Shown in pieces: positions 54,397 through 62,910 of a DNA stretch of 64,000 nt; positions within the stretch are counted from its first letter, which is position 1, and each line of letters opens with the position of its first letter. The stretch comes from Dehalococcoidia bacterium (GTDB lineage Bacteria > Chloroflexota > Dehalococcoidia > UBA2979): contig OZ244720.1 of assembly GCA_965219085.1 (NCBI GenBank), positions 1,568,001 through 1,632,000 on the forward strand, written 5' to 3'. Under the pieces are notes generated by a model. That model saw only the letters and a list, made by a program, of their open reading frames with translations, searched no databases and had not been told where the DNA came from. Made by a program: the position numbers and the translations under genes.

Positions 54397-56112
54397 CTAC
54401 TGGCCGCTCAGCGTGAGGATCCGCGCCGCCTCCTCGAGCGTGGAGGTGACGCGCAGGGCGTCCCAGACGTCGGTCCCGCGGGCGTAGCTGCCGTGGCCGC
54501 GCACGACGACGATCGGGTGCTCGCGGAGCGCGTCGGCGACTGGCTGCGCCGAGGACTCCCACTCCGCCTCCACCACCGGCACGCTGCCGAGGAAGAGCCG
54601 CCCCTCGAGGTTCGCGGGGTCGATCGCGTCGCGCCCGTAGGCGAGCGCGATGGCGTGGACGGGATGGGCGTGCACCACCGCGCCGGCGTCGGCGCACGCC
54701 TCGTAGATGGCGAGGTGCACGGCCGTGTCGGACGATGGCGCGGCGGCGTCCTCGTCGCGCGGCTGGCCGTCGGCGTCGACGGCCACGAGGAGGTCGTTCG
54801 TCAGCCGCCCGAGCATCGCGCCTGTCGCGGAGATGAGCGCGCCGCTGCGCGCGGCGCGGACCGAGACGTTGCCGCCGTGCGAGGTCACGAGGCCGTCCGC
54901 GCGGAGGTCCGTGCCGACCTCGATCAGCTCGCTGGTGGCGGTGGTCTCGGCCGCAGTCGCGGCGTAGTCCCACACGCCGCGTCGCACGAGGCGTTCCGCG
55001 GCGCCCTCGGCCAGCTCGGCGGCGCGGCGCATCGCCTCCGCCTCGAAGATGCGGTTGGTGGTGAGCGTCTCGAAGTCGACGACGCCCGATGTGGCGCCGT
55101 CGACGCTGCCGGCCACGACGACGCACGGCGTCTCGTAGCGCTCGGCGAGCGCGGTGACCATTTCGAGGGCCTTGCCGAACGTGGTCTGCGCGTCGAGGCG
55201 GCCCTCGCCGGTGATGATGAGGTCGGCGTCGCGGATCGCGTCCTCCAGGCCCACGGCCTCGGCGATCAGGGCTGCGCCGGACTGAATCGCGCCGCCGATC
55301 GTGCCGATCAGCCCCGCCGCGAGCCCGCCGCCCGCGCCGCCGCCGGCGAGGTCGGTGACCTCGACGCCGAGGTCCGAGGCGATCACGGCCGCCCAGCGCC
55401 GCAACGCTTCCTCGAGCGGCTGCATGAGGTCCTCGCCGACGCCCTTCTGCGGGCCGTAGACCACCGTCGCTCCCTCGGGCCCGAGCAGCACGTTGGTCAC
55501 GTCGGCGGCGACCGTGAGGTTGATGTCACCGAGCCTGCGGTCGACGGCGTTGTGGTCGAGCGCGACCAGCCTGGCCAGGTCGAGGGCCGCGACGGGCTCT
55601 GCCATCGCCCACGCGTCGGTGCTGACGAGCTGGTAGCCGAACGCCTGCGCTGCGCCCGCGCCGCCGTCGTTGGTCGCGGTGCCGCCGACGCCCACGATGA
55701 TCTCGCCCGCCCCGCGGTCGACCGCCGCGCGGATGAGCTGGCCGACGCCGTACGACGTCGCGCGCGCGGGGTCGCGCTCGTCGGGCGGGACGAGCACGAG
55801 GCCGGCCGCCTCGGCGGCCTCGATGACCGCGCCGGATCGTCCGCCGGCGGTTGCCGGCGGCAGCAACGCGAAGCGGGCGCGCACGGGGGCGCCCATCGGC
55901 CCGGTGACCTCGGCCTCGACGAGCTCGCCGCCGCGGGCGGCCGCGAGGACGGCGGCGGTGCCCGGTCCGCCGTCGGCGAGGGGCATCTCGATGATCTCGG
56001 CGTCGGGTTCGCCGGCGCGCGCGCCGGCGGCGAGGGCGGCGGCGGCCTCGAAGGCGGTGAGGGAGCCCTTGAACTCCTGCGGGCAGATCAGGATCCGAAG
56101 CGGCGGGCTCAT
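54397..56112 (-). CDS. Fusion of GlxK/GarK-type glycerate kinase and class II aldolase/adducin domain
   Basis: FKGSL, PLADGGPGT, GGTATNDGG, TGEGRLD.QT..GK; then GGNVSVR, PSSD..VH..IY, VHAHP, RGHG. Confidence 0.85.
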   Translation of the reverse strand: MSPPLRILICPQEFKGSLTAFEAAAALAAGARAGEPDAEIIEMPLADGGPGTAAVLAAARGGELVEAEVTGPMGAPVRARFALLPPATAGGRSGAVIEAAEAAGLVLVPPDERDPARATSYGVGQLIRAAVDRGAGEIIVGVGGTATNDGGAGAAQAFGYQLVSTDAWAMAEPVAALDLARLVALDHNAVDRRLGDINLTVAADVTNVLLGPEGATVVYGPQKGVGEDLMQPLEEALRRWAAVIASDLGVEVTDLAGGGAGGGLAAGLIGTIGGAIQSGAALIAEAVGLEDAIRDADLIITGEGRLDAQTTFGKALEMVTALAERYETPCVVVAGSVDGATSGVVDFETLTTNRIFEAEAMRRAAELAEGAAERLVRRGVWDYAATAAETTATSELIEVGTDLRADGLVTSHGGNVSVRAARSGALISATGAMLGRLTNDLLVAVDADGQPRDEDAAAPSSDTAVHLAIYEACADAGAVVHAHPVHAIALAYGRDAIDPANLEGRLFLGSVPVVEAEWESSAQPVADALREHPIVVVRGHGSYARGTDVWDALRVTSTLEEAARILTLSGQ

Positions 56113-56161
56113 CGCTGCGTCCTTTCCTCGGGCGCTATGGGCGTGCGCCCCTCGGTGGGTG

Positions 56162-56341
56162 TTACGTGCCCCAGAAGCCGGCGAGGCGCAGCACCGCGCT
56201 GATGAGGATCGCGGCCACGTAGGCGTAGCCGAGCGTGCGCGCGTTCTTGCCGAGCTGGCGGAACCGCCTCGGCTGCATGATCGTCAGCCAGACGATGACC
56301 AGGCCGACGGCGATGAATCCCCAGTAGACGAGGCGCCACAT
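56162..56341 (-). CDS. Small two-TM membrane protein (59 aa)
   Basis: MWRLVYWGFIAVGLVIVWLTIMQPRRFRQLGKNARTLGYAYVAAILISAVLRLAGFWGT with native codon usage; below the ORF-track cutoff. Confidence 0.65.
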   Translation of the reverse strand: MWRLVYWGFIAVGLVIVWLTIMQPRRFRQLGKNARTLGYAYVAAILISAVLRLAGFWGT

Positions 56342-56389
56342 CGCCTCGCATCGTAGCGGAGCGTGCCCGCGAGCGGGTGTCGCGGCCGG

Positions 56390-56734
56390 TCAGCGGAGGT
56401 CCGCTGGAACCATGACCGTTGTCCCTGGCAGGATCACCTGCACGTAGTCGACCCGGTCCTGCACCGTCGGCACCCGTGCGGGGCACTCCTCACCCAACCG
56501 GAACACGTTGAACCTGGTCGCCACGCCCGCGCTCGGGAGGACCGCGGTACACACGCGGATGGCTTGCCCGAGGCCGACGTTCCCCGCGATGTGGCCCCGA
56601 TGGGAGACGTACGCTCCGGTCGATCCGATGTCAGCTTCGGTGGTGTCCAGCCCCTTCAGGATGGAGCTGACCATGGTGAAGACGGTCAGGACCAGGAACG
56701 CGGCGACGAGGAGTTGCCAGATGCGGACCATCAT
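56390..56734 (-). CDS. Secreted/membrane-anchored partner of LuxR-LRR copy 1
   Basis: ATGA overlap with the upstream stop; N-terminal TM; EADIGS motif shared with 58079-58270. Confidence 0.55.
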   Translation of the reverse strand: MMVRIWQLLVAAFLVLTVFTMVSSILKGLDTTEADIGSTGAYVSHRGHIAGNVGLGQAIRVCTAVLPSAGVATRFNVFRLGEECPARVPTVQDRVDYVQVILPGTTVMVPADLR

Positions 56735-57921
56735 GGCTGGACCTCGAACCACCAGGACTCAGCAAGCAGGTCGAACAGTTCCTCGTAGTTGTCCCTGACG
56801 CTGACCGGGATCTCGTCCACGCTCCGGCTCCACTCCCCGCCGTACTTCGCGTCGAAGTGGTAGAAGGCGCCCGTCACCGTCTCCTCGAACAGGATGGCCG
56901 TGTTGCTCCGCGGATTCGCGGAGGGAGTCCTCCCTGGCACCAACCTGCGGATCGCCTTGACCACGCCGTCGAATCGCAGCGACAGGCCCCGGGGGACGTC
57001 GATGACGAGGTGCTTCTCCCCCGACCGGACGGGGCCCCAATGTCGGAAATGGTAGGTGCCGGGCGCGAGCACCCCCGAGGCGGACCAGAGGTCGGTCGAT
57101 GCCCCACAGTCGTCGAGGCCGGTCGAGGCAATGTCGTTCGTCGCCGCCTTGCGCAGCACGGGCGGGGCACACTCCTCGAAGCTGTTGTCCGCGAGCGAGA
57201 CGATCGTCAGGTTCGTCAGCAGCACGAGCTTCGACGGGATCATGCCCGTGAGGGCGTTGCCGTCGAGCCGGAGGTCCGTCAGCCCCGTGAGGTTGCCCAG
57301 CAGCCCCGACAACTCACCGTCGAGGCCGAGGTCCGACAGGTTCAGCGCGGTGACGCGCTGCGGCGTGCCGGAGACGGTGACACCCATCCACTCGGACATC
57401 GGCTTCCCGGCCGTCCAGTTGAGCTTGCCCGTCCCGCGCAGCGTGTCGCGGAGGCCGAGCAGCGCTTCGCAGTCCGCCACGAGCTCGGTGTTCGTGTCCG
57501 GGTTCGTCACCGCGACTCCCGACGAGCACGACATCACCTCGAACTCGGTCTCCGCCAGTGGGACGTCGATGGACTCCGCGTCGTCGCGGGACGCACCGAT
57601 GATGACGGCCAGGATGACGATCAATGCGCCGACCCCGGTCGCCGCCCCGAGCCCGGCGGCTGGCCTCACGAGCAGGCCGAACCAGCCGCGCGCTCTGCGG
57701 CGCGGCGGCTCGGGCTGCCACCCGGCCAGCTCGTGCCGGTTGGAGAGGTCGAGCTTCGAGAGCATGCTGGCGATGTGGGTCTTGACCGTCTCGCGGCTGA
57801 GCCCGAGCCGCGCGGCGATCTCGGCGTTCGTCCCGCCCTCGCGCAGCTCGTCGAGCACACGCTGCTCGGCCGGCGTCAGGACGCCGGGGTAGCGAGGTCT
57901 GCCGCCGCGCTCGCGCTCCAT
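56731..57921 (-). CDS. LuxR-HTH / TM / leucine-rich-repeat protein, copy 1
   Basis: LTPAEQRVL...TNAEIAARLGLSRETVKTHIASMLSKL (LuxR HTH); TM helix; LRR cap DCEALL...LNW...W.GVT; plant-type LRR LTDLRLDGNALTGMIPSKL. Confidence 0.85.
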   Translation of the reverse strand: MERERGGRPRYPGVLTPAEQRVLDELREGGTNAEIAARLGLSRETVKTHIASMLSKLDLSNRHELAGWQPEPPRRRARGWFGLLVRPAAGLGAATGVGALIVILAVIIGASRDDAESIDVPLAETEFEVMSCSSGVAVTNPDTNTELVADCEALLGLRDTLRGTGKLNWTAGKPMSEWMGVTVSGTPQRVTALNLSDLGLDGELSGLLGNLTGLTDLRLDGNALTGMIPSKLVLLTNLTIVSLADNSFEECAPPVLRKAATNDIASTGLDDCGASTDLWSASGVLAPGTYHFRHWGPVRSGEKHLVIDVPRGLSLRFDGVVKAIRRLVPGRTPSANPRSNTAILFEETVTGAFYHFDAKYGGEWSRSVDEIPVSVRDNYEELFDLLAESWWFEVQP

Positions 57922-57969
57922 GCCTCAATACTCACACGCCGATGGGGGAGGTTTCCTCACCCGACCTTG

Positions 57970-58270
57970 TGACCGCACGCCGAGTGCGCAACTGTGCGTC
58001 AGGCCTGCGGTGACTGAGTGGTAGGTCCCCGTGGGCGCGTCCGTCTCACCGCGCGAGTTGTCGGCCCAGGACACCAACTCACCCAACTTGCTGACGGAAC
58101 GAGCTCTTGCCAAGGGTCCTGTTGCGGGCCACGTACGGCTCGTCCATGTACGTCTGCGAAGATCCGATGTCCGCTTCAGCAGGACGCGGCTCGTCGACGA
58201 GGGCACGTACGGTGCCGCCAACGGTGATCGGGACGGCGAGGAACGAGAAGACAGCGCTGAGGACTCTCAC
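57970..58270 (-). pseudogene. Degraded partner gene of LuxR-LRR copy 2 with an RCC1-like repeat fragment
   Basis: GTG immediately after the upstream stop, TM and EADIGS, early stop at 58079; another frame gives SWADNSRGETDAPTGTYHSVTAGLTHSCAL (RCC1-like), cut off at the copy-1 upstream repeat. Confidence 0.5.
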
Positions 58271-59383
58271 CTACGGGCTCCCGCGCCACATTGACTCGAT
58301 GATCCGGTCGAAGATCTCATCGAGAGCCGCGTTAGGCTGGTTACCCTCGTAGCGGCGAGACCACTCCCCGAGCCACTTCACGTCGAGCCCAATTAGTGCG
58401 GTTGGGGCTGCATTCCGGAGGATGATGCCGACATCCCCACCCTTGGGTGGCCCCAGCGCGGTATCAGGAGTGGACAGGGTCACTCCCCTGAAGGTCAACT
58501 GAGCACCAGGCGGGATGTCGAAGACGAGGGGGGTATCCCCCAAGTCGAGGCGGTAGGTTCCAGGCGCGAGCACGGTCGGCCGGTAGAAGGTCTCGAGGTC
58601 GGTTGGCGCCCCACAGTCGTCCAGACCGCTCGTGGCCACGTCGTTTGTCGCCACCCTCCGCAGCACCGCCGGAGCACAACCGGTGAACGACGTGCCCGAC
58701 AGTGAGACGGTCGTCAGGTTCGTCAGCTGGCCCAGCTTCGACGGGAGCATGCCCGTGAGGGCGTTCCCGTCCAGCCGCAGGTCCGTCAGCCCCGTGAGGT
58801 TCCCGAGCAGGCCCGACAGCTGACCGTTCAAGCCAAGGTCCGCCAGGTTCAGGCCCGTCACACGCTGCGGGGTACCGGAAACGGTCACGCCCATCCAGTC
58901 GGACATCGGCTTCCAGGCCGTCCAGTTGAGCTTGCTCGTGCCGCGGATCGTCTCGCGGAAGCCCAGGAGCGACTCGCAGTCACCGACGAGCTCGGTGTTC
59001 GTCTCCGGGTTCGCCACCGCGAACCCCGACGAGCACGACACCACCTCGCGGGACGCACCGATGACTACGGCGAAGATGACGATCACCGCGCCGACCCCGG
59101 TCGCCGCCCCGAACCCGATCGCTGGCCTCACGAGCAGGCCGAACCAGCCGCGCGCTCCTCTGCGCGGCGGCTCGGGCCGCCACGCGGCCAGCTCACGCCG
59201 GTTGGCGAGGTCGAGCTTCGAGAGCATGCTGGCGATGTGGGTCTTGACCGTCTCGCGGCTGAGCCCGAGACGAGCGGCGATCTCGGCGTTCGACCCGCCG
59301 TCGCACAGCTCCTCGAGCACACGCTGCTCGGCCGGCGTCAGGACGCCGGGGTAGCGAGGTCTGCCGCCACGGTCGCGCTCCAT
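58271..59383 (-). CDS. LuxR-HTH / TM / leucine-rich-repeat protein, copy 2
   Basis: Same architecture as 56731-57921; near-identical N-terminus and diverged C-terminal ~100 aa. Confidence 0.85.
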   Translation of the reverse strand: MERDRGGRPRYPGVLTPAEQRVLEELCDGGSNAEIAARLGLSRETVKTHIASMLSKLDLANRRELAAWRPEPPRRGARGWFGLLVRPAIGFGAATGVGAVIVIFAVVIGASREVVSCSSGFAVANPETNTELVGDCESLLGFRETIRGTSKLNWTAWKPMSDWMGVTVSGTPQRVTGLNLADLGLNGQLSGLLGNLTGLTDLRLDGNALTGMLPSKLGQLTNLTTVSLSGTSFTGCAPAVLRRVATNDVATSGLDDCGAPTDLETFYRPTVLAPGTYRLDLGDTPLVFDIPPGAQLTFRGVTLSTPDTALGPPKGGDVGIILRNAAPTALIGLDVKWLGEWSRRYEGNQPNAALDEIFDRIIESMWRGSP

Positions 59384-59427
59384 GCCTCAATACTCACACG
59401 CCGAGGGGAGAGGTTTTCTCACCCGAC
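59384..59427 (-). repeat. 44-nt upstream element duplicated at 57922-57965
   Basis: GCCTCAATACTCACACGCCGA...CTCACCCGAC; 3 mismatches between the copies. Confidence 0.9.
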
Positions 59428-59430
59428 GAC

Positions 59431-59477
59431 TGGACACGAACGCACGTTCTGACTAGAGTATGTGAAACGTCTGTTCG
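59431..59477 (+). promoter_or_regulatory. Promoter with two LexA (SOS) boxes
   Basis: TGGACA-17 nt-TAGAGT; GAAC-GCAC-GTTC (59438-59449) in the spacer and AAAC-GTCT-GTTC (59465-59476) at the TSS. Confidence 0.75.
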
Positions 59478-59490
59478 ATGGAGACGCCCG

Positions 59491-59742
59491 ATGGTCACCA
59501 CTACCGCCCCCGCCACCCGCACCGTCGAGCGCCCCGCGCGGCCGAGGCGACCTGCGGAGGCCACCCGCGACGTGGCCGCCGAGGCGGTCACGCAGGTGCG
59601 CGCGCCGCGCCGGCTGCGTCGCATGGTCGCGTTCGGGCCGCGCTGCCCGGACTGCGCCGGGCCGCTCGCGTTCGGCGAGGGCTGCTCGCTTTGTCCCGTC
59701 TGCGGTTACTCGAGCTGCACACCGGCGCGCCGAGGCCCGTAG
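59491..59742 (+). CDS. Small protein with class II RNR (NrdJ)-type C-terminal Cys-rich Zn finger
   Basis: RBS GGAG; CPDC...EGCSLCPVCGYSSC. Confidence 0.7.
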   Translation: MVTTTAPATRTVERPARPRRPAEATRDVAAEAVTQVRAPRRLRRMVAFGPRCPDCAGPLAFGEGCSLCPVCGYSSCTPARRGP

Positions 59743-59835
59743 GGCCTGCGGGAGGGCGCATTTCGCCGTTGCATCCGTAGCCCTTGTGCGCGCCCCTTCG
59801 TATACTCGCGGAAATCCCCGGGGCGCAGAGGCGAC

Positions 59836-60711
59836 ATGGTCATCGGCGCGGCACGTGACACGGACCTCACCGCGCTGGGCAGGCGCATCCGACGCCATGT
59901 CGTGCGCATGGTCTACGACGCCAAGTCCGGACACATCGGCGGCTCACTCTCCGCCGTCGAGATCATGAGCGTGCTCTACTGCCGCATCATGCAGCACGAC
60001 CCCGAGCGGCCCGACTGGCCCGCGCGCGACCGCTTCATCATGAGCAAGGGCCACTGCACGCCGGTGCAGTACGCGCTCCTCGCCGAGCTCGGCTACTTCC
60101 CCGTCGACGAGCTGTCGACGTTCCGCCAACTCGGCTCGCGACTGCAGGGACACTCGGTGCGCAACCGCCCGCTCGGCGTCGAGAACTCGGCGGGCTCGCT
60201 CGGGATGGGGCTGTCGTTCGGCCTCGGGATGCGCCTCGCGGCACGCCTCGGCGAGGGCGACGTGCGCGCCGACACCCGCGTGTGGGTGCTGATGGGCGAC
60301 GGCGAGCAGAACGAGGGCCAGGTCTGGGAGGCGGCGATGGCCGCCGCCCACCACGACGCCGAGGGCCTGATCGCGCTCATCGACCGCAACGGCATCCAGA
60401 ACGACGACTTCACCCGCACCACCATGGTCACCGAGCCGCTCGACGAGAAGTACGCCGCGTTTGGCTGGGACGTGATCTCCGGCGTCGACGGCCACGACAT
60501 CGACGCCGTCGAGGCGGCGTTGCTGCACGCCCGCGACGTGCGAGGGCGGCCCGCCTGCGTGATCTTCGACACGGTGAAGGGACACGGCGTCTCCTTCATG
60601 GAGCACAACCCGGGCTTCCACGGCGCGCCGCCCAGCCCGGATCAGTTCGAGGAAGCGATGCGCGAACTCGCCGACCCCGACGACGCAAACGGCTCGGGAG
60701 CTGCCTCGTGA
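59836..60711 (+). CDS. Transketolase, N-terminal (ThDP-binding) subunit
   Basis: SGHIGGSLS, RDRFIMSKGH, GSLGMGLS, GDGEQNEGQVWEA, DGHD, TVKG.GV.FME...FHG. Confidence 0.93.
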   Translation: MVIGAARDTDLTALGRRIRRHVVRMVYDAKSGHIGGSLSAVEIMSVLYCRIMQHDPERPDWPARDRFIMSKGHCTPVQYALLAELGYFPVDELSTFRQLGSRLQGHSVRNRPLGVENSAGSLGMGLSFGLGMRLAARLGEGDVRADTRVWVLMGDGEQNEGQVWEAAMAAAHHDAEGLIALIDRNGIQNDDFTRTTMVTEPLDEKYAAFGWDVISGVDGHDIDAVEAALLHARDVRGRPACVIFDTVKGHGVSFMEHNPGFHGAPPSPDQFEEAMRELADPDDANGSGAAS

Positions 60712-61664
60712 CCACCACCGAGGCGCCCGCCCCCGCCGCGACCCGCGAGGCCCTGGGGCCGACGCTGCTCCGGCTGCGCGAGGAGGGCATGGACCTCGTC
60801 GTCGTCGACGCCGACCTCGGCAACTCGACCTCGGCGCGCAAGTTCCAGGTGGCGTACCCGGAGCGCTTCTTCACGCTCGGCGCCGCCGAGCAGAACATGA
60901 TCTCGGTCGCAGCGGGCATGGCGGCGATCGGCAAGGTCGCCTTCGCGTCGACCTTCGCCGTCTTCGCCGAGCACGCCTACGACCAGCTCCGGATGTCGGT
61001 CTCGCAGCCGAACCTCGACGTGAAGCTCGTCGCCTCGCACGGCGGCCTTTCCGTCGGCGAGGACGGCGCGTCCGCGCAGTCGGTCGAGGACATCGCGGTG
61101 ATGTCCTCGCTCGTGAACTTCCGCGTGATCGTGCCGGCCGACGTGGTCGAGGCCGCGGCGGCCGTCGAGGTCGCCGCGCGCACGCCGGGGCCGTTCTACA
61201 TCCGCACGGACCGCCCCAAGCACCGCGTGCTCTACCCAGACGGCGCACGCTTCGAGCTGGGCCGCGCCGACATGCTGCGCGACGGCTCGGACGTCACGCT
61301 GGTCTCGTACGGCCTCATGGTGGAGCGCACGCTCGACGCGGCCGAGGAGCTCGCCGCCCACGGCGTCTCGGCGCGCGTGCTCAACATGGCCACGATCCGC
61401 CCACTCGACGTCGACGCGCTGGAGCGCGCGGCAGCCGACACGGGCGCGGTCGTCGTCGCCGAGGAGCACCTCGTGCACTCCGGGCTCGGCGCGATGGCCG
61501 CGCAGGCGCTCGCCTCGCGCCGCCCCGTGCCGATGGAGTTCGTCGGCGTGCAGGACCGCTACGGCGAGTCGGGCCTGTGGCACGAGGTACTCGACGCGCT
61601 CGGCCTCACGACGGAGCACATCGCCGCCGCCGCGCGCCGCGCGATCGCTCGCAAGTCGGGCTAG
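60708..61664 (+). CDS. Transketolase, C-terminal subunit
   Basis: DADL..ST, PERFF..G.AEQNM...AAG, GEDGASAQ, P.YIR, EEH...GLG, D.YGESG. Confidence 0.92.
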   Translation: MTTTEAPAPAATREALGPTLLRLREEGMDLVVVDADLGNSTSARKFQVAYPERFFTLGAAEQNMISVAAGMAAIGKVAFASTFAVFAEHAYDQLRMSVSQPNLDVKLVASHGGLSVGEDGASAQSVEDIAVMSSLVNFRVIVPADVVEAAAAVEVAARTPGPFYIRTDRPKHRVLYPDGARFELGRADMLRDGSDVTLVSYGLMVERTLDAAEELAAHGVSARVLNMATIRPLDVDALERAAADTGAVVVAEEHLVHSGLGAMAAQALASRRPVPMEFVGVQDRYGESGLWHEVLDALGLTTEHIAAAARRAIARKSG

Positions 61665-61670
61665 CGCCGC

Positions 61671-62432
61671 CTACTCCCTGCCCCCACCCACGCCCAGGTA
61701 CGGCCACGCCTCGCGCAGCTCGCGCACCTCGAGGTCGGGCGTGAACGCGTCGTCGTTCGGGTCCAGGCGCCAGTCGCCGCGGTTCACCCAGATCGCGCCG
61801 ACGCCCGCCGCGCGCGCTCCCACCACGTCGTGGTACGGGTTGTCGCCGACGTACACGGCCGCACCCGGCGCCGCGCCGAGGGGTTCGAGGGCGAGCGCGA
61901 AGATCGCCGCGTCTGGCTTCTGCACGCCCACCTCGCCGGAGACCACGACCACCTCGAAGTAGCGTTCCAGGTCGAAGCGCTCGATCTTCGGGCGCTGGAT
62001 GTGCGACAGGCCGTTCGTGATGAGCCCTAGCGGGTAGCGTGACCCGAGGAGCTCGAGCGTCTCGATGGCGTCGGGGTGGATGCCGACGTGGTTGATGTTG
62101 ACCGCGCGGTAGCGGTCGGTGAGGTGTGCCGCGAGCGTGGGGTCGGGGCGCAGGTGCTCGGCGATGAGCCGCTCGTACGCCTCGAGGGTGAAGCGCTCCT
62201 CCCACTCGCCGCCGCCGGCCGCGCGGTGCGCGGCCTCGGTGTAGTGGCGGAAGTAGCCGTCGTAGATCGCCTCGGGGCTGCCGAGGGCCTGTAGCGCGGG
62301 CTCGGCGGCGTGCAGCTCGGCGATCGACTCGGCGAAGCCGGCGCGCCACGAGCCGCGCGCGTCGATGAGCGTGTCGTCGAGGTCGAACAGCACCGCCTGG
62401 AGTTGGTCGGGGGCGGGCAGGCGGTCGATCAT
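61671..62432 (-). CDS. HAD-superfamily hydrolase
   Basis: VLFDLDDTL, LITNG...Q..KI, KPD..IF, YVGDN...DV.GA...G. Confidence 0.9.
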   Translation of the reverse strand: MIDRLPAPDQLQAVLFDLDDTLIDARGSWRAGFAESIAELHAAEPALQALGSPEAIYDGYFRHYTEAAHRAAGGGEWEERFTLEAYERLIAEHLRPDPTLAAHLTDRYRAVNINHVGIHPDAIETLELLGSRYPLGLITNGLSHIQRPKIERFDLERYFEVVVVSGEVGVQKPDAAIFALALEPLGAAPGAAVYVGDNPYHDVVGARAAGVGAIWVNRGDWRLDPNDDAFTPDLEVRELREAWPYLGVGGGRE

Positions 62433-62513
62433 GATCGCCGGTTCGGCGGGGCGCTCATGATCGCCGGGTTCGGCGGGGCGCTCATGATCGCCGGGTTCGG
62501 CGGGGGGGTCATG
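62430..62513 (-). repeat. Three tandem 26-27 nt repeats, each beginning with ATG, at the HAD gene start
   Basis: CATGATCGCCG(G)GTTCGGCGGGG(CGC/GGG)T x3. Confidence 0.9.
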
Positions 62514-62536
62514 GTCGCGGCGCTCGGCGGAGCGCC

Positions 62537-62872
62537 CTACGAGGACTCCTCGTCCTCGGCAGCGCCGTCGCCGTCGCCGTCTTCGTCCGAGGTGTCGTCG
62601 TCGGCGAAGACGCCGAGCTCCTCGCCGCGCCACACGGTCACGACCAGGTCCTCGCGGTACGGGTCGGCCGAGGTCACGATCTGGTCGTCGATGGCTTCGA
62701 GCAGGTCCTGCACCTGGTCGTCGTCGATGGCGGCGTGGACGATGAGCGTCGCGTGCGCGGACGAGCCCGTGAAGTGCACGTCGACGCGGCCGAGCGCGTG
62801 CTCGCCGTCGTCGATGGTGTAGACCTCGGAGTACGGCGTGCGCGCCTCGCGCTTGAAGCGGTAGTCGGCCAT
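62537..62872 (-). CDS. Conserved hypothetical acidic protein
   Basis: RBS GAGGGGA; MADYRFKREARTPYSEVY...; native codon bias. Confidence 0.7.
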   Translation of the reverse strand: MADYRFKREARTPYSEVYTIDDGEHALGRVDVHFTGSSAHATLIVHAAIDDDQVQDLLEAIDDQIVTSADPYREDLVVTVWRGEELGVFADDDTSDEDGDGDGAAEDEESS

Positions 62873-62910
62873 CGGATCCCCTCGTTCGCGGCGACCGGTC
62901 TCGGCCGCGG

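Noticed and set aside
62430-62513. Short repeats as a CRISPR array
   Set aside because: Head-to-tail units with no spacers, and no cas genes in the window.
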